64,000 bases of DNA from Raja brachyura. Lineage: Eukaryota. The stretch lies in NCBI GenBank assembly GCA_963514005.1, contig OY740814.1, positions 14,942,001 through 15,006,000 on the forward strand, written 5' to 3'. The notes beneath the pieces are model-generated. The model was not told the origin of the DNA and made no database searches. It saw only the letters and a program-made list of their open reading frames with translations. Both the position numbers and the translations under genes were made by a program. Below are positions 1-32,000 of the stretch, piece by piece (position 1 is the stretch's first letter; each line of letters opens with the position of its first letter).

Positions 1-126
1 GTCTGTAGCTCTGAGAGTTCATCTTTTTCTGCTGTTTATCCAACCTGTGTTCGGATTGAATCATCACCTGGCAAAGTATTCCTAATCTCAACTCTCGGCC
101 ACTTGAGGTCTCCCAAGACAACTTTA

Positions 127-400
127 GACTTCAGAGACACAGCATGGAAATAGGCCCTTTGACCCACTGAGTTGGCTCCGACCAGCTATCATCCCGCACA
201 TGAACACTATCCTACACATTAGGGACAATTTACAGAAGCTACAAGCCTCTTTGGAGTTTGGGAGGAAATCGGAGACCCTGGAGAAAACCCTCGCAGTCAC
301 GGGAAGAATGTACAAACTCCATACGGACGGCACCTGTAGTCAGGATTGAACTGGGGTATCTGGTGCTGTAAGGCAGCATCTCTACCACTGTGCTGCCCCT
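127..400 (-). mobile_element. tRNA-derived V-SINE (HE1-like)
   Basis: - strand GGGGCAGCACAGTGGTAGAG (A box)...GTTCAATCC (B box)...GTATGGAGTTTGTACATTCT core; related copies at 31805, 48453 and ~59040. Confidence 0.7.
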
Positions 401-512
401 TTCTCTTTCAGCCTCCAATTTTTTTCCTTCAAGTTCCTTTGCCTCTTCTACGTCATTGTCACAAACTAATTCCTCTCTTATGTTTGGCTGCTGCTGCTTG
501 CCGCTTTCACTT

Positions 513-852
513 GTAGAAACATAGAAACATAGAAAATAGGTGCAGGAGTGGGCCATTTGGCCCTTCGAGCCTGCACCGCCATTCAATATGATCATGGCTG
601 ATCATCCAACTCGGTATCCTGTACCTGCCTTCTCTCCATACCCCCTGATCCCTTTAGCCACAAGGGCCACATCTAACTCCCTCTTAAATGTAGCCAATGA
701 ACTGGCCTCAACAACCTTCTGCGCAGAGAATTCCAAAGATTCACCACTCTCTGTGTGAAAAATGATTTTCTCATCTCGGTCCTAAAAGACTTCCCCCTTA
801 TCCTCAAACTGTGACCCATTGTTCTGGACTTCCCCAACATCGGGAACAACCC
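513..852 (-). mobile_element. CR1-clade LINE 3' end with (TTTCTATG)n tail
   Basis: [36 protein letters not shown]-terminus; closely similar to the 3' end of the 26359 copy. Confidence 0.85.
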
Positions 853-1383
853 CATAACCCCTCTGGTTTTCTTTTTTTTGTTTCCTTGTTTTATTTTATG
901 AAACGCTCTTTCTTTGAATTAGGAAAAAGTCCCAGTTAGTGATGGAGGATCGGAGGGAGATTATTTCCAGTGAAATCTGCTTTACCTCGGCTCATTGAGC
1001 TGGACAGATTCAGTCTGACACAGATCAATAGCCCCTGAAGCGGTTTATCTGTCAGTTTATTGATCTGTCTGTTTTCATCTGGTCAAATCTCTCTTTAATC
1101 TCTTAGTTTTTTTTTATTCTCTGCTCCCTGCCTCATTATTTTACCGTGGTAAATGTTCTTAAACATTTTGTGGCCCATTTGTTTTGATGAATAAAGGTAT
1201 GTTTTGAGTTCTGGCGGGGAGGGTAACCACCATCTTCCCTCGTGAAGTTGTAGAGATGATCCTTGCCCTTCTTCCACATGTTACTCCCAGCCCTGGTTAC
1301 CCCAATATGGCCTCAAAGGCTTGGGCTGATGTAATGCCTTCGCATACGTTCTTGTTAAAAGTTTCATTTTCCGCACACTTTAG

Positions 1384-12514
<11,131 letters not shown>

Positions 12515-14915
12515 ATCACTTGTGCCGCTAAAACCACTGTTGTCTTTGTGCAGCAAACTGATGGATGTTTCTGCTGATGTTACCTCATCAATAACCCTTT
12601 ATCCCATTATATATTTAAAGAGATGTATTTACATTTTTAAAGGAATGATGTCTGTTAAAATTTATCTGCCCTTCTTAAATTTTAGTATTTGCTAATGGGA
12701 ATAGATAGCAAGTTGGTCTTATTTTGGGGTCGGTGTTGTGAGGGAATGAGTTGGGGGAAGCTGACTTTAAAGGGATGGTACTAAACTATTGTACACAAAC
12801 TTTGTGGATAATTATGGAAACACCTTGCTACTTGCAGACCCATAACTCATCATTTTAAAGGGAGGGTCTGCTGGTCCCTAGGTGGCACTTATAGAACGCT
12901 CTGAATAATTACTAATATATACACTGCACTACATGTAGAGATACTGGAATCTCGAGTTCAGTGACACATTCTAATTTATTTCCACTGCAAGGCTCAACAT
13001 GTTCCCAAAGGTGTGGCAGGTTATCTGCTCACTAGTGTAACTCTAAAGACAGGAGATGGATGGTGGATGGATTCTTATCTCAACATTTGCTTCAAATCAG
13101 CCAGACTGACTATAAGCTTGGGAATTCCATGAGAACCTGTTACTAAGAGGGTTGAATTGAGCTGCAATTCCTCCACACTTGCCTTTTGGGTTTTCAGTAC
13201 AAACTGGGGAGGTGGAGGAGTGTAATAGTACTGCAGCATTTGAGACCAAATGGTGCACCCAACCTCTAGCAGTTCAGTGGCTTGCCTGCAAAGGTAGAAC
13301 AGGTAGGATTTCTGCCTGACAGCTTAAGGCATGATAGCTCTTGTCTGATTTCTTAGCAAAAGGAATTGATCCAAAGCCTGTACACATGCTCGAGAAAAGC
13401 CCAGTTCAGAGGGGCGATTGCATGCTCTTGCTGCTGTCTTCCTTTCTCTCACTGTGGGGTCAATTTGATTATTCTGTTCAAGATGAAGCCTGGCCCAATT
13501 ATTGCTACAATGCCCTAAAGGTACTTTAGACAAACTTGATTACAGCAAAGGATTAAGTCTGGCTTTAATTCTCTCATATCGGGAGCAGAACAGTGCAAAA
13601 GGCAAAACATTCTGGATTGAGACAGTGTTGGCAATACTTGTGACCAGCACTGGGAGGTATATACCAAATTTTAAGCATGTGTAGTGTTAAAAGGATGAGA
13701 AAAGAATTATGACAGTGCATGAATGAGATAATTATGAGTGAATCTAGTAGACTATAAATGGCAGTAATTGAATCCATATCAATAATTAAGGCCAGAAACT
13801 GGTAATTTATTGAGTACGGAAGGAAGGCTGTAGGGTTCTATCAAAACGTGCACATGTTTTCCTTGAGTTTATTAACATACAAGAGGCAGTGATTAGAATT
13901 AAAGGATGACACTGCCTGCTGTACCATGTTGGAATAAGGAAGAGATGGGCTCATTCACTTTTACATTTGATCAAAGGCACTAAATTTTGGGTATTAACTT
14001 TTCTTTGGCACAACCTGCTGTGTGCCTCAAGTTATTGTACCTATGCAGTGAATTTTGTACAATCCATGAAGTTGATGGAACAAATTGAGCTTGCAACTTG
14101 AGCTGGAATTGTAAAATCGAAGAACATTGATTTCCGTTCCTCCAGCTGTTTGCTTTTGCTCATTAATTTCTCAGTTGAGTTTCCAGAAATTAATCTTTCT
14201 AGAATAGCTGGTGCATCTAGCACAGCCTCTAATTCCATTGCTCCAATTTGTTCAATTACCCCACTTGTGAAACAGATTCATATTTTTTACATTATGGAAT
14301 GTAGTTACGCAGGCTTGCAATATCAATTGAGTATCACCCGAAGTAATTTAACCAATTAACAACCATTAATTTGTAAAGCAAAACATTGAAGTAGAAATGT
14401 ACATTCCTATTATAGCCCTCACAGCACATTTATAGTCGCTGAGCAGTTATCTTGTACATTTATTAATTCAGCTGCTATAGCCATAAGATGGCCATCCTTC
14501 GCTCAATAGCTATAGGTTCATGTCCAGTTATTTATTTGGTGCACAACTAGCCCTCAGTAGTGTAAAGGTGCATGGGTAAAGTAATGCTCCAGATTATTTT
14601 CAATCTTTATTTTGATATTCGCATTAGGAAGCAAGTGCATTTGGTACAACTCAACTGCTCTACATTGCTGAGCCCCCTGCCACTCCTTTGCTATGAATCT
14701 TAATGTATTTTAAAGAGCTTTAGTACTGATGTTTAATTTTAAAAATCAGTATAAGACATTGGAAGCTCTCTGTGGATCAAATGTGCAGTACATTAAATCA
14801 GACAATCTTTCTTTTAGACCAAGTGTAATCAGTGAGAAAATATTGACTGCTAAAATGGTGTGAATCAAGTGTGCAATTCAAACCCTCAACCTGTGTTCTT
14901 GCTAAAGTTTTCACC

Positions 14916-14921
14916 ATTAAA
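14916..14921 (+). terminator. Candidate MAP2K1 polyadenylation signal (ATTAAA)
   Basis: No AATAAA seen on + between the MAP2K1 stop and the RPL4 3' end. This ATTAAA is followed by GT/T-rich sequence. Other ATTAAA hexamers exist (e.g. ~13898, ~14792), so the choice is uncertain. Confidence 0.35.
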
Positions 14922-16007
14922 GTCTAATGTTGCAATTAAGTGTTCTTAGTATTTTTACATTTCTTTCAATGATTTTGCTGCTTTCGAAAGATAATTTGGG
15001 AAAACAAACTTTTCTGGGTTTGTTAATAGGTTGCTGATCCAAAATATTTGATTACTCATTCCAGAATTGCGAATCTGACTCTATTTTCAGTGTCTGCTTT
15101 AATTTCTAAGTGTCAACTAAAATACACAATGGAGGTTTTGGTACAGTATGAGATTACCCAGTGGACATGCTTCAAAGAAATTCAATGATGTGTAAATACC
15201 CCACCAGTTCATAGGAATTTCTGGCCTCAACTGCTCAAAATGGAGAAAGCAAATCCGTGTGCTGTTAATGAAATAGGAAAACCTGGCTCCACATTTATCA
15301 CCATTAAATATCATGGCCACTACCTCATGCTGTAACTTTCCTGTAAAAAAGTTATGTCTGAGAACATGGATTGATGATGTTTTGGGTTTGGACTCTTCAG
15401 TAAACAGTGATTTCTTTTTTGTGAAACGGGCACTGGAGGGAAGAAAGAACGCTCGAAGAGAGGAGGAACTGAACAAAGCCTGGGACGTAATGGGAGTGCG
15501 CTTGATAAGCAGATGGTTAGAAAAAGGCCAGAGATTGAAAGACAAAGAAATCAATCAGGATGTGAAAATCTAAACTTTTCTGTGCCAGTTCCCATAGCCA
15601 TCAAGTCCCTGGTATTTTGAATACAGTATCTATCTTCTAAATACCACCATCGACCGTTTCCACAACCCACCTGGGTAGGTAATGCCAGATTCACCACCTG
15701 CTGTTGGAAATTATTGTTCATCAGTTTTAAATGACCACACCCTGGTATCCATTTGTTTTAAGAATGGATGCTGGCAGCACACTAGAGGGGGCAATATGCA
15801 AACTGTATCCTACACTCAAATTATTTGGCTACAAGTACATTACAAGCATTGTCTTCCTGCACCCCCCCCCCCCCCCGAAATTCTGAATTTTCAATAGTGC
15901 TGTTGAGTAAGATGAGGATAGATTTATTAAATAATTCAAGTGCAGAGCAAAACATTCTTGTGTAAAGATTAATTAAACAGGACAATGCAGAAAATCATTT
16001 TTAAATA

Positions 16008-16013
16008 TTTATT
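16008..16013 (-). terminator. RPL4 polyadenylation signal AATAAA
   Basis: AATAAA on - about 60 nt after the stop codon; a second AATAAA at 15923-15928. Confidence 0.7.
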
Positions 16014-16071
16014 TTGATGGATACCATACAGTGATGTGAGAACACATGCCTGTAAAGCAGAGGATTTGCAT

Positions 16072-25451
<9,380 letters not shown>

Positions 25452-25992
25452 TGCCGCAACTCCTCGGCGCCACACGCGCGGGATGGCGACCTCGGCAGGA
25501 AAAGGAAGAACGCCGCACCGCCCCGCCGCTAAATGGAAGCCGCCGCCAAGATTTCTTCAGCAGTAACCATTAATAGATGTATAACAGCAAGGAGTATGCT
25601 TCAAATGAACAGTTCGGACAAAATGTCAATTGAAAATGGCGTGACTACTCGGGCTTCTCCGCAAAATGAATAAAAATGCGACGCACTATTTCCTTTCAAT
25701 GTCGGTACTATCTTTACGCGCAGGTATACATTTCCAAAATACACGACAGAATAGATAAGTTGTTCATTAATGTTTAAGTTTTGTTTTTGCGGTAATTTGT
25801 TTTGTTCAGAAACATTTTTATAAAGAAAATTCAGTTAAAATAGCAGTTAAAACAAGACGATTCTTATGTCGGACGTGACGTTGGGCGACTGAGGAATGCG
25901 CGCGCGGATCGGGTGCGATTTGAAATTTTATTTGGCAATGCAAACTATTCTCGTCCATGAAAGTACGAGTTTGAGACAAATACTTGTTTAGA
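25452..25992. promoter_or_regulatory. Bidirectional RPL4/ZWILCH promoter region
   Basis: Divergent start codons 541 bp apart and locally CpG-rich. YY1-like AAAATGGCG at 25633-25641 (another at 25278-25286 in RPL4 intron 1), CHR-like TTTGAA at 25919-25924, TGACG at 25876-25880. Confidence 0.75.
25497..25510 (-). promoter_or_regulatory. 5' terminal oligopyrimidine (TOP)/TCT initiator of RPL4
   Basis: TTCTTCCTTTTCCT on - just upstream of the RPL4 ATG exon, typical of vertebrate ribosomal protein gene starts. Confidence 0.8.
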
Positions 25993-26045
25993 ATGGGCTC
26001 AGCTGTTCTACAGTCGGTGCGAAGCTTTCACTCCTTTCTCCTTGG
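25993..26045 (+). CDS. ZWILCH: ZWILCH exon 1 coding part
   Basis: [17 protein letters not shown](G)|gtgagt; phase 2 fits exon 2. Confidence 0.75.
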
Positions 26046-29000
26046 GTGAGTGTTGCCGGCTGCCAGTTCCAGTGATGGGTGTTTATCATCTGAATGCGCA
26101 ACTTTAACACCATCGGCAGCAGAACTCCTTGGGGGTGTGTAGCGCAGTTGCTATGGTCAGGCCTGCAATGCATTTTATGAAAGGATGGAGGGAAAGATTA
26201 AGTCGTATAATTCAAAGAAAGACATGGATGAATATTTGAAGAGACGCGAGATTAAATCAATAGTTAGAGAGGAGTCACAAGCACCCTGGAGATGCTGGAA
26301 TGTCGAGTACAAACGAAATACTGGAAGAACTCAGCGTCTTCAGACTGTCCATCAAAGATCATAGAAACATAGAAACATAGAAAATAGGTGCAGGAGTAGG
26401 CCATTCGGCCCTTCGAGCCTGCACCGCCATTCAATGTGATCATGGCTGATCATCCAACTCAGTATCCCGTACCTGCCTTCTCTCCATACCCCCTGATCCC
26501 TTTAGCCACAAGTGCCACATCTAACGCCCTCTTAAATATAGCCAATGAACTGGCCTCAACTACCTTCTGTGGCAGAGAATTCCAGAGACTCACCACTCTC
26601 TGTGTAAAGAATGTTTTCCTCATTTCGGTCCTAAAGGAATTCCCCCTTATCCTTAGACTGTGACCCCTTGTTCTGGACTCCCCCAACATCGGGAACAATC
26701 TTCCAGCATCTAGCTTGTCCAACCCCTTAAGAATTTTGTAGGTTTCTATAAGATCCCCCCTCAATCTTCTAAATTCCATCGAGTACAAACCGAGTCTATC
26801 CAATCTTTCCTCATATGAAAGTCCTGACATCCCAGGAATCAGTCTGGTGAATCTTCTCTGTACCCCCTCTATGGCAAGGATGTCTTTCCTCAGATTTGGA
26901 GACCAAAACTGTACGCAGTACTCCAGGTGTGGCCTCACCAAAACCCTGTACAACTGCAGTAGAACCTCCCTGCTCCTATACTCAAATCCTTTCGCTATGA
27001 ATGCTAACATACCATTTGCTTTCTTCACTGCCTGCTGCACCTGCATGCCTACTTTCAATGACTGGTGTACCATGACACCCAGGTCTCGTTGCATCTCCTC
27101 CTTACCTAATCTGCCACCATTCAGATAATAGTCTACCCTCATGTTTTTGCCACCAAAGTGGATAACCTCACATTTATCCACATTGTACTGCATCTGCCAT
27201 GCATCTGCCCATTCACTCAGCCTATCCAAATCACCCTGCAGCCTCCAAGCATCCTCCTCACACCTAACTATACCCCCCAGCTTGGTATCATCTGCAAATT
27301 TGGAGATGTTGCATTGAATTCCCTCGTCCAAATCATTAATATATATTGTAAATAGCTGGGGTCCCAGCACTGAGCCCACCACTGAGAAGAGTATCTGCTG
27401 TCCATATTCCTGCACATGCACTGCCAGCCAATTCGCTGAGACCCCCCCCCCCCCAACACTTGGTGAAATTCAATAGTTATTTGACAGTAGACCGAAAGCT
27501 TTCAGTGCAATGTTGTTCTGTGATTGATTATTTGAAAACATCCTATCGTTCTAGTAGTAGATCTTTTTATGTCCCCGGTTTAGAGGATCGTGATTCTATG
27601 TGCATAATACTTGTGTCAAGGCTGTGTCATGTACAGGGCAGCATTAACTGACCGCGTGCAATGTGTGAGATCATGGCTAGAAATCTTGCTTTAAGGAAAC
27701 TGTTGCTATTTTGGCAAATCACAGCTGTCACTAACCCCAGCACAACAATAACTTTTATTTATACAGTATCTTTGAAGTACATTTTCTGAAAGTGTTGCAA
27801 AGGGATAATTTCATACATCTGATACTGATATTGAGAAAATAAGGCACAAGTAGAGATATACAACACGAAAATGGGTCATTGATCTACTGAGTCTGCCGAT
27901 CATTGATCACCCATCCTGTATATCCCATAGTGTACATCCATCCTACACTAATCACAATCTATCCCCTCCCTCTCCCATCTATTCCCCTTGAGTCTACCAC
28001 TCACCTACATACTGGGGGCAATTTACAGTGGCCAGTAAACAGTCGTTTTAATGTGGGAGTAAAATGTAGCAACTAGAGGAAACCTCAACCAGTAGCAAAG
28101 TATAAGCACCACGTGGATGACTACATTTGGTCAATAAATTTGTCTTTTAAAGATCATCTTTATCGAACGTAGGTAGATTTAGAGTTAGACCTTAGGGCTT
28201 TGGTAACTGAAATGAGCTGGAGGTGGAGCTCAGCACTGAAATCATTGAGATATAGAAACAAAACAAGGAACCGCAGATGCTAGTTTACACACAAAAAGTC
28301 CCCAAAAAAAAAGAGAAGAAAGAAAATACTGGAGTAACTCAGCTGACTTAAGTAACTCATTTTGAGTTGGAACTGTTCTTCAGATTTATGGGATGATGGG
28401 GTGGAGAAAGGGCAGGACGAAGCCTGGCAGGTTACAAGTTAATACAGATGTGGAAGGGTTTTGATAGGCAGATGGTTGGATAAAGTCCAGAGCTGAAAAT
28501 TCAAAACGATTGAAGAGTTGCAAATTGTGAAGCTAGAGGAAGGAATATAGATGGAGAAATCCCATTCAACAGTATCAACCCATTAGTTGTCAGGCTTTGT
28601 GTTGCCCCTCCTTTCTGCCAGCTTTCTTTTCCCCCATCTACAATCAGTCTGAAGAAGTGTCCCAACCCAAAATGTCACCTATCCATGTTCAGCAGCGATG
28701 CTGCCTGATCTGCTGAGTTACTCCAGCACTTAATTTAATTTTTTTAATGAAATCATTGACGTTTTTGAAAACAAGGATGAAAATTTTAAAGTGAAATATT
28801 TATTTCTAGCTGCAAATGATAGCTGCAAACACATCATTTAGAGAACATCCTGGTTTCCCTATTGAAGTGAAAGAAGGGAAGGTGGGTTGTTTCTAGATTA
28901 GTTACTTTAAATTGGACAAATCAATGTTCAATCTGTTAGGTTGTAAGCCATCCAGAAGTTTGTGTGTGGCCTCACTGTGGCAATGGAGAAGCTAAATCCA

Positions 29001-32000
29001 CCTAAATCACCCCCTTCCCATGTATTTTCCATGCAACTGCAAGACAAGTAATGCCATATACCTCCTCCCTCATATCCATCCATTCAGGGATGAGGTATAT
29101 CCTCCCTTATCTCATACTCTATCCTTATGTTATACTCCTTGTCTTTTCATTTCTGTCTTTTGTTCAACCATTTGCCATCAAAAAGCTCTCTTCTCATTTG
29201 TATCGATTTTAGACTTGGCAGACTTTGTTCTGCCCCCAACTTTCTTCCAGCTTGCTCCCCTCATATCAGTCTGATGAAGGGTCCAAACACTCCACCCCCC
29301 CCCCCCCCCTCCTCAGTCTGAAGAAGGGTCACTACACCACCACCCTTGTGGCACACCACTGATTACAGGCCTCTAGTCTGAAACACAATTATTTACAACC
29401 TCTGCCTCATCTTCAAGACTTTTGTATCCAATTGCTTAGCTCGCGCTGGATTCCATGTAATTAAATCTTTCAAATCAGCATACTATTTGGTAGTTGTTAA
29501 AGGCCTTGTTGAAGTCCATGTCGATAACATTTACCGTATTCCCTCATCAATTTTCTTGGTCACCTCTTCAAAAAATATTGACATTTGGGGGCACAATTTC
29601 CCATACACTAAGCAATGCTGACTACCCCTAATTAGTCTATGCCTTCTCAAATATGTAATACATAATACAGCAATGCATTTGCAGTTTTATTTGCTTCATG
29701 ACATGAGTACTAGTCCAGAATTGCTCAGTGACAACAGGGTGGAATTAATGCTAATCCATATAATAGGACCAACAACAAAATGAAAGATAAAATCAACAGA
29801 TCTCTCATTGATCAACCTGTTCAGGTGCTTATCAGAATCTTGACAATGACCAAGTCATTGAAGCATTGAAAATAGGTGCAGGGGTAGGCCATTCGGCCCT
29901 TCAAGCCAGCACCGCCATTCAATATGATCATAGCTGTTCATTCAGAATCAGTACCCCGTTCCTGCATTTTCCTCATATCCCTTGATTCAATTAGCCCTAA
30001 GAGGTATATCCAACTCTCTTTTGAATACATCCAGTGAATTGGCCTCCACTGCCTTCTGTGGCAGAGAATTTCACAGAATTACAGCTCTCTGGGTGAAAAG
30101 GTTTATCCTCATCCCAGCCCAGAATGGCCTATATTATAACACTATATGTTTCTATAAGGTCCCCTCTCATCCTTCTGGCTCATTGGCAGCAAAGTTGTTT
30201 GAAGGACTAATCTTTAAGTTGATCAGCATGGAAAACATTTTAGGAAAGTGCTTTATGTTTAACTAGTGCAATAAGCATATTATAAGGATATTAGATTATG
30301 TTACCAGGTCGACTGTGTTGAAATATCAATGTAATGATGTATGGTGCTCTCACCTGGGCTGTGCTTGGTTTCCATTTTTCTAAAAAAGATTCTTCATGTT
30401 ATTTACATTAAAATTTTAAGTAATTTGTTATTTTGGATACGTTTTATTTTCTTCTGTCTCCATATTTATTTATTCTAGAAATGTAATTTATATCTCCATT
30501 TTAGAACGGCAAGAACTTCTTCCGTAAAACAATATAAACAAAACTTAACACCCATATGTATAAACATAACTGCAGTCTGTTTTCGTCTTTCAATATAATT
30601 TTTTTTCCTCTCAGGCTTTGTGACCAAGAAAAGAAAGGAACATTAAAGGACCCCGTGCTGTTTGAGGTAATGTGCCTGAAAAGCTACCTTCTTTGTTGTC
30701 TTTCTTCCATTGAACACTTCCCTGGAATTGCAATACCTGGTCACATTTTTTACTGCCTCTTGAGAATATCTCTTAATGCTTTGTATTCCCAGTCCAGCAC
30801 TTTCTCTTGATGATAATTTTTAGCCACTGCTGTTTCTCATAGACATACTGCTGCTTAATGTGTGGAAGTTGGTTTAGCTTCGGCATGTAATGATACTAAT
30901 TTCTAATTTCACTTCCTCTCTTGGATCGTATGAGCTGTCAGGCTGCTTTGGAAATGGAATGTTAACCACAATTTAAAAAAAAATCTAATCTCGACCATTT
31001 GTTCTTAGAGTGCAAGTTTAAATGTGATGAGCATTCTTGAAATTGTCAGTTCTTGAAATTAGCAGTTCATGATAGACTGAAGCCTAAAATATTTAGCAAA
31101 TGATCAGTGCTATGGATCTTGCCATTCTGGAAAGAAGGAAGAGAAAACAGGGAACTCACGGCCATTTGTCAGAACAGCTGCTAAATGCCAACAGCAGGGT
31201 CATGTTCAGATTGGTGTCCATGTGGATTTATGATCAACTTATTCAAAGTAATCTGGAGAATGTGAAAAAGTGGAATTTCAAAAAGCATTTAATAAACAGC
31301 CAAATACAAGAGACAATCCACAACTTACGGTTCAGTTACAGCCATGGAATCCATGGGTAGACCAGTTTGTTCACAAATTGAAATGTTTCACTGTCAGTAT
31401 TATGTTCTGTAACAAAAGTGGTTTTAAAAAAACCCAGCAAGAACATCTCTAACAATATGACATTTTTCTTTATACAGAAAATATAGTAACACAATTAGGA
31501 AGAAAATCATAATAATAGAGTGCATTACCAATTTTCCATAAATCATGTTACTGGCCTGCATATTGGAAAGGACATTTCTTGACTGATGAATGGATACGTA
31601 GTTAAATGAGGTCATTTGGAGTTTTTCAGAAGATTGCAGCTTTGTGTGTATGAAATCACGTCTAAAAAATGTGATTTCATTTTTCGAAGAGGTAACCAAG
31701 TAGATTTATGAGGGCAGGGCAATAGCTATTGTCTACATGGACTTTAATAAGGCCTTTGACAACTTCTCACATGGTATGTTGGTCTGTATGGTTAGATTTG
31801 AGATAGTGCAACTGGCAGAGCTGTTGCCTCATAGTGACAGAAACCTAGGATTAATCATGATGATGATGTCGTGTTCTGTCTTTGTGGAGTTTGCTTGTTC
31901 TCCCACGTGTGTTTCCTCTGAGTGCTCTGGTTTCCTCTCACGTCCCAAATACCTGCGGGTTTGTAGGTTAATTGGTCTGTGTAAAAGTGTCCCTAATGTA

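Noticed and set aside
14041-15573. ORFs 14041-14238, 15117-15554 and 15313-15573 as SNAPC5 or another small gene
   Set aside because: No similarity to SNAPC5 motifs, no promoter signal and no convincing exon boundaries.
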